From positions 1 to 42,804 of IMG/VR virus record IMGVR_UViG_3300042262_000097: a stretch of 42,804 nt of DNA; one strand, given 5' to 3'. Below the pieces are notes generated by a model. That model made no database searches. It saw only the letters and a list, made by a program, of their open reading frames with translations, and had not been told where the DNA came from. This document shows positions 16,821 to 25,218 of this stretch, piece after piece. Each line of letters starts with the position of its first letter. The first letter of the stretch is position 1. The translations under genes and the position numbers were made by a program. The DNA comes from a virus (Duplodnaviria > Caudoviricetes).

Positions 16821-17006
16821 ATGTGTTTCGTCAAAACGCCGAAGCCCCGCCCTGCCCAGGTGGCGGCTTACGACAACACCGAAGCGACCCAGCAGGCCGA
16901 CCTTGAAGCGGCCCTGCGCCGTCGCAGGCGCGGCGCTGCCGCCAATATCCTGACCGGGGCGTCAGGCATCCCGGCCACGCCGACACTGGGCGGGGTCGCA
17001 TCGTGA
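16821..17006 (+). CDS. Small virion protein (T7 gp6.7-like position and N-terminus)
   Basis: MCFVKTPKP...RRRRGAAANILTG...TLGG directly before the portal; AGGAG RBS. Confidence 0.65.
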   Translation: MCFVKTPKPRPAQVAAYDNTEATQQADLEAALRRRRRGAAANILTGASGIPATPTLGGVAS

Positions 17007-18664
17007 CCGCACTTTCCCCCGTTCTGGAAAAAGACCCGCGCGCCGAGCTGGCGGCGCGGCGCTGGTCCGAGCTGAAGACGGCGCGCAGCTGGCACGAACA
17101 TCTGTGGGAAGACATCGCCCGCCTGATGCGCCCCGGCCGGGGCGGCTTCGGGCTGGACGATCCGTCCGGCCGCACCATCGAAAAGCCGCTGTCTTCGGCC
17201 CCGATCCATGCAAACGACAATTTCGCGGCCGGGCTTTACGGCACTCTGACCAATCCGGCAAACCGCTGGTTTGGGTTCAAGACGAACGACGGCGACCTGA
17301 ATGCCTGGCACGATGCCCGGCTGTGGCTGGATCATGTGACCGACCGGGTTCTGGCCTCTTTCGGCCCCTCGGTCAGCCCGTTCTATTCGGCGACCACACA
17401 GGTGTTTTCCGACCTGTCCAGCTTCGGCAATGGTGCGCAGTATGACGAAGTGGTGTTGTCGGAACGCCGTATCCTCGACGTCACCCTGTCGCTGGCCGAA
17501 GTGGTTTTTGAAATCGACGGCTTTGGCCGCGTCTGCGAAGTGGTGCGCAAGTTCAGCCAGACCCCCGCGCAAGCCATGTCGATGTTCAAGGGCAAGAACC
17601 TGCCGCCCAAGCTGGTGGAAATGGCCGAGAAGGGCGACAGTTCCAAAGTCACCTTCTACCACCACGTCCTGAAAAACGATGACTGGCGCCCGCTTTACAA
17701 GCTGGGCCTGCGGGGCAAGGCATGGATCAGCCGCTATGCCTGCGAAATCGCGGGCACGCTGGTATCGGAAAGCGGCTATGACGAAATGCCGTTCTTCGCC
17801 CCGCGCTGGCAGGTGGACAGCGGGCAGACCTATGGCCTTGGCCCCGGTTTCACCGCCCTGCCCTCTGCCCGCGCCTTGCAGCGGATGGAGGATGCCACGT
17901 TGCGCGCCGCACAGCGCGCCGCCGATCCCACCCTGCTGGCCCCCGACCGGCAGGATTTCCCGCTGAACGGCCGCATCCGCCCCGGTGAAGTGGTCTATGG
18001 CGCGGTCGATACGCAGGGCCGCGCGCTGTTGCGTCCGCTGGATATGTCGGGCGGCATGAACCTGACCTTGCAGGAGCGTCAGCAGAAAATGGAAGAGATC
18101 CGCGACGCCTTCCATTACACGCTGATGAACCTTGCAGGCCGCACCGGCATGACGGCGACCGAGGTCATGGCGATCACGGAAGAACGGCAACGCCTCTGGG
18201 CGCCGCATCAGGGCCGTGTGCAGGAAGAATTTCTGGCGCCGAAGATCAGCCGCAGGTTCTCGCTGTTGTGGCGCGCGGGCCAGATCAGGCCGCCGCCGCC
18301 GGAAATGGCCGGGGCAGAGCTTCAGGTGGAATACCAGTCCGCCGCCGCCGCCGCACAGCGCAGCGTGGAAGGCAATGCCGTTCTGCGCATCATTCAGGAC
18401 GTGGCGCCGCTCATCCCAATCACCCCGCGCATTGCCGAACGGTTCGACCCGGACGGGCTTTTGGAAACCCTGATCGACGCGCGCGGCGCCCCGGCCCGTG
18501 CCTTCCGGTCGCGCGAAGCTGCCGACCAGATCGCGGCCCAGCGGCAACAGCAGGAACAAGCCATGATGATGATGCAGGCGGCGCAGGCCGGTGCCGGTGT
18601 GCTGAAGGACGCCGCCGGGGCCGAAGCCGCCCTGGCGCAATCTGCCGGGGGTGCCCCGCAATGA
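17003..18664 (+). CDS. Portal protein (podovirus head-tail connector)
   Basis: 553 aa; LTNPANRWF, DLSSFGNG, PRW...YGLGPG, MTATEV motifs of the T7 gp8/BPP-1-like family. Confidence 0.93.
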   Translation: MTALSPVLEKDPRAELAARRWSELKTARSWHEHLWEDIARLMRPGRGGFGLDDPSGRTIEKPLSSAPIHANDNFAAGLYGTLTNPANRWFGFKTNDGDLNAWHDARLWLDHVTDRVLASFGPSVSPFYSATTQVFSDLSSFGNGAQYDEVVLSERRILDVTLSLAEVVFEIDGFGRVCEVVRKFSQTPAQAMSMFKGKNLPPKLVEMAEKGDSSKVTFYHHVLKNDDWRPLYKLGLRGKAWISRYACEIAGTLVSESGYDEMPFFAPRWQVDSGQTYGLGPGFTALPSARALQRMEDATLRAAQRAADPTLLAPDRQDFPLNGRIRPGEVVYGAVDTQGRALLRPLDMSGGMNLTLQERQQKMEEIRDAFHYTLMNLAGRTGMTATEVMAITEERQRLWAPHQGRVQEEFLAPKISRRFSLLWRAGQIRPPPPEMAGAELQVEYQSAAAAAQRSVEGNAVLRIIQDVAPLIPITPRIAERFDPDGLLETLIDARGAPARAFRSREAADQIAAQRQQQEQAMMMMQAAQAGAGVLKDAAGAEAALAQSAGGAPQ

Positions 18665-18948
18665 TCTGGAACATACCGAGCGTCTTCCAGACCGTCTTTC
18701 CGTCGAAAGCCATGCAGGCCGCCCGCCTTGCCTCACGCCGCTGGCGCAAGGCTTTCGCCGATGAACCCGAACTGCGCGCCGATCTGATCCGCTTGGGCGG
18801 TGTGCTGACCATGAACCCGCCGCAGGGCGTGACAGCCGAGCAACTGGCCTATGAGGCCGGGCGCCGCGACTTCGCCCTGCAAATCCTCGCCCTTGGGGGC
18901 ATTTCGCCCTTCGACCTCAACCGCATGATGGAAGATCCCGATGCGTAA
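18661..18948 (+). CDS. Bbp19-like small protein
   Basis: AYEAGRRDFALQI motif, between portal and scaffold. Confidence 0.65.
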   Translation: MIWNIPSVFQTVFPSKAMQAARLASRRWRKAFADEPELRADLIRLGGVLTMNPPQGVTAEQLAYEAGRRDFALQILALGGISPFDLNRMMEDPDA

Positions 18949-19891
18949 TCTGCTTTTCCCCCTGATCCTGCGTCTGCCGCTCTTTGAGGCCCCGGACGGT
19001 GGCGCTGGCGGCACCCCGCCCGCCGATCCCCCGCCCGCCAATCCCCCGGCCGATCCGTCTGCGCCCCCCGCCGCGAAATGGTGGCAGGGCAGCGATTTCA
19101 CCGCCGAGGAACAGCAATGGCTGGCCGCGCGCGGGCTGACCGAAGATGACATGACCGCCGTCATGCCCAAGCTGGTGAAGGGCCACCGCGCCGCCGAACA
19201 GCGGATCGGCAAAGGCCTTGACAACATCATGGACCGCCCGGCCAAGGATCAGAAATTCGCCGACTGGGCGCGCGCCAATGCCGCCGCGCTTGGCCTGCCC
19301 GACAAGGAAGACGGCTATGCCGTCGAGCCGCCGAAGGACTGGCCCAAGGGCATGGAATGGAACGCCGGTCTGGAAGCGCAGGCCCGCAAGCTGGCCTTTG
19401 ACATGGGTGTGCCGCCCGAGGCCCATCAGGCATATGTCGGCATGTTCGCCGCCGAAATGCGCCGTGTGTCCGAAGCCGCCACCGCCGACTTTTCGGCCGC
19501 GCAAGCGCAGATGATGACCGATCTGCAAAAGGACTATGGCGACCAGACCCCGGCCGTGCTGACCCGCGCCCGGCAGGCGGCCAGCATGGTGGCTGAAAAG
19601 GCCGGGATTTCCGGCGAGGGGCTGGAAGCCCTGACCGGGCTGCTGGCCGACAAGCTGGGTGATGCTGGCGTGATCCGCATGTTCAACGCCATCGGTGAGC
19701 TGGGCGGCGAAGATGTGCTGGTTGGCCGGGGGGATGGCCTCTCGATGACCCCCGCAGAAGCCCGCGCCGAAATCGCCAAGATGTCGGCCCCCGGCGGCGA
19801 CTGGTATCAGGCCAGCGCCACAGGCAACCGCGCCAAGATGAAAGAGCTTCAGCCGCGCATGGATTTCCTGTCGAAACTCGCGGCGCGCTGA
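18941..19891 (+). CDS. Capsid scaffolding protein
   Basis: Pro-rich N-terminus, LGLPDK..GY, LQKDYG, IGELGGED; located between portal and capsid. Confidence 0.75.
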   Translation: MRNLLFPLILRLPLFEAPDGGAGGTPPADPPPANPPADPSAPPAAKWWQGSDFTAEEQQWLAARGLTEDDMTAVMPKLVKGHRAAEQRIGKGLDNIMDRPAKDQKFADWARANAAALGLPDKEDGYAVEPPKDWPKGMEWNAGLEAQARKLAFDMGVPPEAHQAYVGMFAAEMRRVSEAATADFSAAQAQMMTDLQKDYGDQTPAVLTRARQAASMVAEKAGISGEGLEALTGLLADKLGDAGVIRMFNAIGELGGEDVLVGRGDGLSMTPAEARAEIAKMSAPGGDWYQASATGNRAKMKELQPRMDFLSKLAAR

Positions 19892-19893
19892 TC

Positions 19894-20100
19894 ATGGCGA
19901 TTTACGAGCTGCAACAGGTAGCCCACGCCCGCGCTGCCATGCTGATGCGGGGGTTCGAGCCGCTGGCGCTGGAAATCGGCCCCGCTTTCCACCGCAGCCT
20001 CGGCGCGTATGTCAGCCCCGAAGGCATTCTTCTGGACATGGACGTCAGGGTGCTCACCAATATGGAAGGGTTTCGCGTGGTGGCGGCCAGCGGCAACTGA
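19894..20100 (+). CDS. Hypothetical protein
   Basis: 68-aa ORF 2 bp after the scaffold gene, followed by a terminator. Confidence 0.55.
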   Translation: MAIYELQQVAHARAAMLMRGFEPLALEIGPAFHRSLGAYVSPEGILLDMDVRVLTNMEGFRVVAASGN

Positions 20101-20122
20101 ACCGCCCAGAAGTCCCCAAGAT

Positions 20123-20152
20123 CCCGCGCGGCCCCCGTCGCGCGGGTTTTTT
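20123..20152 (+). terminator. Intrinsic terminator
   Basis: CCCGCGCGGC-loop-GTCGCGCGGG followed by T6. Confidence 0.8.
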
Positions 20153-20154
20153 CT

Positions 20155-20194
20155 GGACTTTCCAACGGACTTTTTCAGGGACTGTTGACAGTCC
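20155..20194 (+). promoter_or_regulatory. Putative capsid-operon promoter with operator array
   Basis: GGACT at 20155, 20167 and 20179 (12-bp period); palindrome GGACTGT-TG-ACAGTCC overlaps TTGACA (20185-20190). Confidence 0.55.
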
Positions 20195-20362
20195 GATTTC
20201 TCCGTAGCAGCGATAAAGGCGACGGGCACCCCGGCTTGCCGGGTCCAGACGACAGCAGGAAAGCACTGCCGCCAACAGGGGCGCACCCTCAGGACGGGTC
20301 CGGTATCGGGCACCCCTTCCGAAAGCTCACAGCAACATCGTCAGTTTTCATAAGGAGGGGTC

Positions 20363-21304
20363 ATGCCCTACTCGGAAAATCTGGAACAATTCCAGAAGTA
20401 TCAATACAGGAACAACGTGGCCATGGCCGCGCAGCAGATCACCAACCCGCTGCTTCCTGCCGTGACCATCATCCCCGCCGACGGCGAGGCGCAATCGGTT
20501 TCCGAACTGCTGAACCAGCTCGACTATGTTCGCGGCGAACCGCGCAATCGGCGCAACGTGGAAAACCCGGCCAAGGGCAGCCGCCGCTGGGTCGTTTATG
20601 ACGAGACCAACGAGGTCAAAAGCGGGCAGTATCTGGACCGTGCCGACAAGGTGAAGATGGCCGCTGATCCCACCTCCACCGTGGTGCGCGCCCATACTGC
20701 CGCCGTGACGCGCGGCTACATGGACAACCTCCTGGGCATCGAAAAGGATGGCGCAGGCAGCTTCGCCATCACGCGCGGCGGCATCTATGGTATCGCCCGC
20801 GAAGGCAAGACGCCGGGGGTCGGCACCCCGCTGCCTGCGGGCCAGTATCTGACGGAAGATGCCAACGGGCTGAACCTCGACAAGCTGATTGTCGCCGTTG
20901 AAATGCTGCACCTGGCTGACTTCGGCATCGACGCCGATCTGGACCCGCTTTACGCGGTCATCTCGCCCAAGCAGAAATCCGATCTGCTGCGCATCGCGGC
21001 GGCCCCGACTGCCGGGAACATCAACGCTTTTGATGTGCGCCAGCTTGAGAGCGGCAAGCCGACCATGCTCATGGGCGTCAACTGGATCATGACCAACCGG
21101 GTGCCGAAGAATGCCAACGGCAAACGGCTGGTGGCTGTCTGGTCAAAGATGAACATCATCGGCGGCGAATACGAGGGCATCAACGGCGACATGTGGAACG
21201 ACACCAGCGCCGATAATACCCCCTATGCCCGCGTCCGCGCCAATGTGGACGCCGTGCGGGCGCAGGATGCGGGCGTGGTCATCATCCCCTGCACCGAAAC
21301 CTGA
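20363..21304 (+). CDS. Major capsid protein
   Basis: 313 aa; QY..NV.MAAQQ..N.L, ISPKQ..DLL, MGVNWI.TNR; strong AAGGAGG RBS; follows the scaffold gene. Confidence 0.85.
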   Translation: MPYSENLEQFQKYQYRNNVAMAAQQITNPLLPAVTIIPADGEAQSVSELLNQLDYVRGEPRNRRNVENPAKGSRRWVVYDETNEVKSGQYLDRADKVKMAADPTSTVVRAHTAAVTRGYMDNLLGIEKDGAGSFAITRGGIYGIAREGKTPGVGTPLPAGQYLTEDANGLNLDKLIVAVEMLHLADFGIDADLDPLYAVISPKQKSDLLRIAAAPTAGNINAFDVRQLESGKPTMLMGVNWIMTNRVPKNANGKRLVAVWSKMNIIGGEYEGINGDMWNDTSADNTPYARVRANVDAVRAQDAGVVIIPCTET

Positions 21305-21364
21305 TCTGGCAGCCCGGTCCTGCCGGGCTTTCCTTCCCCGATCCCGTTCTGAAAGGAGGGCCGA

Positions 21365-21802
21365 ATGGCCATCGTCAAAGTCAAATCCGACCTCACGTCC
21401 GGCGAACCTGATCCGGCGCAGCATCGCGGGCGCCCGATTGTCGCCGCCTTCACCGTCACCAATGCCGCCACCGACAGCAATGGTTCCCGCTATCACCTTG
21501 TTGACCTTCCGTCCTGCGCCATTCTGGACGCGCGCACCGCGTTTCAGGTGCAGAACTGGGGCTTCGCCGCTATCCGCGTCGGCACCCAGACTGATGTGGA
21601 TGCGCTGGTTTCGGTGCTGAAATCGGCGGGCAACGTGGTTTCCCCTGTTGTCCAGTTCGACGCCAAGCACGGGAAGCCGCTGTGGGAAGTGCTGGGCCTT
21701 GCCAGCGATCCCGGCGGCAATATCGGCCTCTTTGCCCATGCCATCGCGGATGCGACCGGCGCGGGCACGATGCTGGGCGAAATCCACTACCGCTTCCGCT
21801 GA
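21365..21802 (+). CDS. Capsid cement/decoration protein
   Basis: Beta-rich 145-aa protein directly after the MCP; AAGGAGG RBS. Confidence 0.6.
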   Translation: MAIVKVKSDLTSGEPDPAQHRGRPIVAAFTVTNAATDSNGSRYHLVDLPSCAILDARTAFQVQNWGFAAIRVGTQTDVDALVSVLKSAGNVVSPVVQFDAKHGKPLWEVLGLASDPGGNIGLFAHAIADATGAGTMLGEIHYRFR

Positions 21803-21820
21803 TCCCCTGTCCCAACACCG

Positions 21821-21840
21821 GGGCCGCCTTCGGGCGGCCC
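21821..21840 (+). terminator. UUCG-loop hairpin (terminator-like, no U tract)
   Basis: GGGCCGCC-TTCG-GGCGGCCC after the capsid genes. Confidence 0.45.
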
Positions 21841-21860
21841 TGCCAGCCGGAGCCGCAGCC

Positions 21861-22448
21861 ATGCCCGCCCCTGTTTCCACTTCCAGCATTGTCGCACAGG
21901 CATTCCGCTTTCTTGAACGCACGCCCGTTTCATCGCTGGCCGATGACAGCGAGGAAGCCACGGCAGCTGCCGAACAATACCCGGTCGCCCTGCGTCACGT
22001 TCTTGAGCGTGTGGATTGGTCCTTTGCCTCGACCCGCCGCACCCTTTCAGCCGCCGAAGACCTCTATCCCGATCCGGTCTTGCCGTGGCTTTACCTGCTG
22101 CCCGAAGATGCGGTGAAAGTGCGCGAAGTCGGCGATGTGGGAACCCGCTGGCGGATCGACCGTGACGGCCTGCGCAGTGATGCGGCTGCACCGCTGCCCG
22201 TGCGCTACACCGGCATGATCCGCGATGAAACCAGCCTTCCCGCCATGGTCCAGACTGCCCTGTCGCTGCGCCTTGCATGGCTTCTCGGCCCGCGCTTTCT
22301 GGAAACCCAGAGCAAGATCGACGGTCTGGATGCCCAATACCGCGACACGCTGAAACAGGCGGCGCGCGAAGATGCACGCACTGCCTCCCCCGGTCGCTAC
22401 GACGGCCTGCCGGATCAGCCGGATTGGGCAATGGAGGCGCGCTGGTGA
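21861..22448 (+). CDS. Tail tubular protein A / adaptor
   Basis: DWSFASTR, YLLPED, ALSLRLA motifs; positional support. Confidence 0.8.
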   Translation: MPAPVSTSSIVAQAFRFLERTPVSSLADDSEEATAAAEQYPVALRHVLERVDWSFASTRRTLSAAEDLYPDPVLPWLYLLPEDAVKVREVGDVGTRWRIDRDGLRSDAAAPLPVRYTGMIRDETSLPAMVQTALSLRLAWLLGPRFLETQSKIDGLDAQYRDTLKQAAREDARTASPGRYDGLPDQPDWAMEARW

Positions 22449-24661
22449 AAACCTCCCCCCCGCAGGTTGCCTTCAGCTCGGGCGAGCTTGATCCGCTTCT
22501 GGCACGGCGCTTTGACTATCAGCGATTTCAGACCGGGCTGGCCCGGTGCCGGGGCTTTCTGCCCCTGCCGCAGGGCGGCTTCACCCGTGCCCCCGGCACG
22601 GTTCACCGTGGCGAGACCCACAACAACCGGCCCGGCATCCTGCTGCCATTCCAGTTCGCCGCGAATGATGCCCTCGTGCTTGAGTTCACGCCCGGCATCA
22701 TGCGCGTCTGGCGCTACGGCGCCCTGATCATGTCAGGGGCGGTGCCGTTCACACTGGCAACCCCATATGACGCCAGTGCGCTGGAACGGCTGCAATGGGT
22801 CCAAACCGCAGATGTGATTTATCTGGCGGACGGATCGCAACCAATCCAGATGCTCAGCCGTCGCGCGCTGGACTACTGGACCCTTGAACCCGCCGCCTTT
22901 GATCTGGGACCGTTCAAGGTTCAGAACCTGCGCAAGACCAGAAAAATTCAGGCATCCGGCTCCACAGGCACCGTCACGCTGACAGCCAGCTGGGATTACT
23001 TCCGCGCGGGCCATGTGGGCACGCTGATCCGGCTGGCGCCAACGGACAACACCGGCGTGCCTTTGTGGACGTCGAATGAAAGCCTGACCGTGGGGGCACT
23101 GCGCCGGTATGGCGATAACATCTATGAGCTGACCGCCGGGACGAATGCCGGTGAAAACCCTCCGATCCATACCGAGGGGGTTTCCATGGTCAATAACGAC
23201 CCGACCAAATGGCGCTTCGTGTCGGACGGTTCCGGCGTTGTCAGGGTAAAGACCGTCACCAACGGAAATTCGGCCACCGCCGAAGTTCTGAAGACCATTC
23301 CCAAGGGCTGTGTGGACGATCCGACTTATCGCTGGTCCGAGGGCGCATGGTCGCCCCGGTCTGGCTGGCCGACCGTTCTGGAACTTTTCGATCAGCGCCT
23401 TGTCGCAGCCGCAACTGCATCTGAACCGCGCACAATCTGGTTTTCAGCGGTTGGCGACTTCACCAATTTTGCGGACGGGACCGAGGCAGACGAGGGCTTT
23501 GCCTATGCCATCAGCGGTGACAGCAGCGTCAACCGCATATTGAACGCCCGGCGCGGCCGCAGCGGTCTGCACCTGTTTGCGCTGGGGGAGGAATATGTCA
23601 CCCGACCCGAGACACGCAACCAGAGCATCGGGCCGACGAATATCGTTTTCGAGTCTGTCGGCATGGCCGGATCGAACGGCGCTCGCCCTGTGGCCCCCGA
23701 CGGAGATCCCATTTTCATCAGCCGCGACGGGCAGCGGATCATCCTTTTGTCTTACGACATTCAGCGCGACGGCACGCGCGAAACCCGGCTGTCTTTGCCT
23801 GCGCAGCATCTTGGCGGCGCCGGGTTCCGGCAACTGGCTTGGCAGGCGATGCCCTCCCCGACGGCATGGATCAGGATGGCCGACGGGACGCTGACCGCAA
23901 TGATTTATGACCCTGCGGAAGACGTGCTGGGCTGGGCCACGCTGCCACTTGCGGGCGGGCGTGTCATCAGTCTGGCCACCGTTCCGGGGCTGGCAGGAAC
24001 ACAGGACACCCTGACCATGATCGTTGCGCGCACGGTGGATGGTGTGACCAGGTATTGTGTCGAGGAACAGGCCGAAACCTTTGCCACCGTCAACGGTGAT
24101 GCGCCGCCGTACGATGCCAATTACCTTTTCGCGGCCCAGCGGTGCACCGCACCCGCCGGTGAAACCAGCGCCAGCTTTCAGCTGCCTCATCTGGCCGGGC
24201 AAACAGTCCACGCCTGGACGGATCAGGGGTCATTTCTTGAGATCGAGGTCGCACCGGATGGACAGCTCATGTTGCCGGTGGCGGTCAGTCAGGCGTGGAT
24301 CGGCCTTTTCGATGAAACCCACGAGGCGGTGACGCTGGACGTTCAGGCCGCGATCCCCAATGGCAACTCGACGGGGCGGCGCAAGCGGCTGACCGGCGTT
24401 GCTCTGGGTGTGCATCGCACATCGCAGGGCCGTGTCAGTGCGATCACCGCGACCGACGGCCGTGCCGCGCGCATCAGTCAGGAGCGGAATGTGATTGGCT
24501 ATCAGGTCGCAACCTCTTTGACTGCCGTTCACAGCGGTGTGGTGGATACTGGTCTTGTATCGGACCCGGCGCACGAGCTGTCCATCCGTATCCGGCCTTA
24601 TGGCGGGGCGCCGCTGACAATCACGTCCATCGTTCCCACAGTGCAGGAGGCAGGCGGCTGA
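22445..24661 (+). CDS. Tail tubular protein B / nozzle
   Basis: FSSGELDP...PQGG..RAPGT, QTADVIY, GWP.....FDQRL, WFSAVGDF. Confidence 0.85.
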   Translation: MKTSPPQVAFSSGELDPLLARRFDYQRFQTGLARCRGFLPLPQGGFTRAPGTVHRGETHNNRPGILLPFQFAANDALVLEFTPGIMRVWRYGALIMSGAVPFTLATPYDASALERLQWVQTADVIYLADGSQPIQMLSRRALDYWTLEPAAFDLGPFKVQNLRKTRKIQASGSTGTVTLTASWDYFRAGHVGTLIRLAPTDNTGVPLWTSNESLTVGALRRYGDNIYELTAGTNAGENPPIHTEGVSMVNNDPTKWRFVSDGSGVVRVKTVTNGNSATAEVLKTIPKGCVDDPTYRWSEGAWSPRSGWPTVLELFDQRLVAAATASEPRTIWFSAVGDFTNFADGTEADEGFAYAISGDSSVNRILNARRGRSGLHLFALGEEYVTRPETRNQSIGPTNIVFESVGMAGSNGARPVAPDGDPIFISRDGQRIILLSYDIQRDGTRETRLSLPAQHLGGAGFRQLAWQAMPSPTAWIRMADGTLTAMIYDPAEDVLGWATLPLAGGRVISLATVPGLAGTQDTLTMIVARTVDGVTRYCVEEQAETFATVNGDAPPYDANYLFAAQRCTAPAGETSASFQLPHLAGQTVHAWTDQGSFLEIEVAPDGQLMLPVAVSQAWIGLFDETHEAVTLDVQAAIPNGNSTGRRKRLTGVALGVHRTSQGRVSAITATDGRAARISQERNVIGYQVATSLTAVHSGVVDTGLVSDPAHELSIRIRPYGGAPLTITSIVPTVQEAGG

Positions 24662-25218
24662 TGTGCGGACCACAGGTTCTTGCGTTTCTCGGTATGGGTG
24701 GCGGCGCCACCGCTGCGGGAGCTGCGGCAGGCGCAGCAACGGCCGGGGCAGCGGCAGGCGCGTTCAGCGGATTGGGCACGCTGATCAGCGTCGGGGGCGC
24801 TCTGATACAGGGCGTGTCAGGCATGCAGGCAGGCAGGGCGCAGGCCGCTGCCCTGGAACAGCAGGCGCAGGATCAGGCGCGTCTGACCGCGCAGGAAGAT
24901 CAGCGGAAACGGCGCGAATATCTGACTGCAATAGCGACGCAGCGGGCCGAGCTGGCCGCGCGCGGTGTGTCTCTGGACAGCCCGACCGCGATTGCTCTGG
25001 GTCAGTCGGCCGCGCGGGAAATGAGCTTTGACAGTCAGGCAATCCGTTCCGGCGGCGTTGCGCGGCAACAGGAATTGTCCGCCGAAGCACGCATGGCCCG
25101 CGCACAGGGGATGACATCCCTTCTTCAGGGCACCTTCAGCGCGGCCGGAAGCGTCCTGCGCGGCAATCCCGACCTGTGGCCGGGTTTTAATCGGAAATCG
25201 TCAGGGGGCTACGCATGA
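24661..25218 (+). CDS. Internal virion (ejection) protein, gp14-like
   Basis: MCG start, Gly/Ala hydrophobic N-terminus, QRAELAARGVSLDS motif. Confidence 0.75.
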   Translation: MCGPQVLAFLGMGGGATAAGAAAGAATAGAAAGAFSGLGTLISVGGALIQGVSGMQAGRAQAAALEQQAQDQARLTAQEDQRKRREYLTAIATQRAELAARGVSLDSPTAIALGQSAAREMSFDSQAIRSGGVARQQELSAEARMARAQGMTSLLQGTFSAAGSVLRGNPDLWPGFNRKSSGGYA

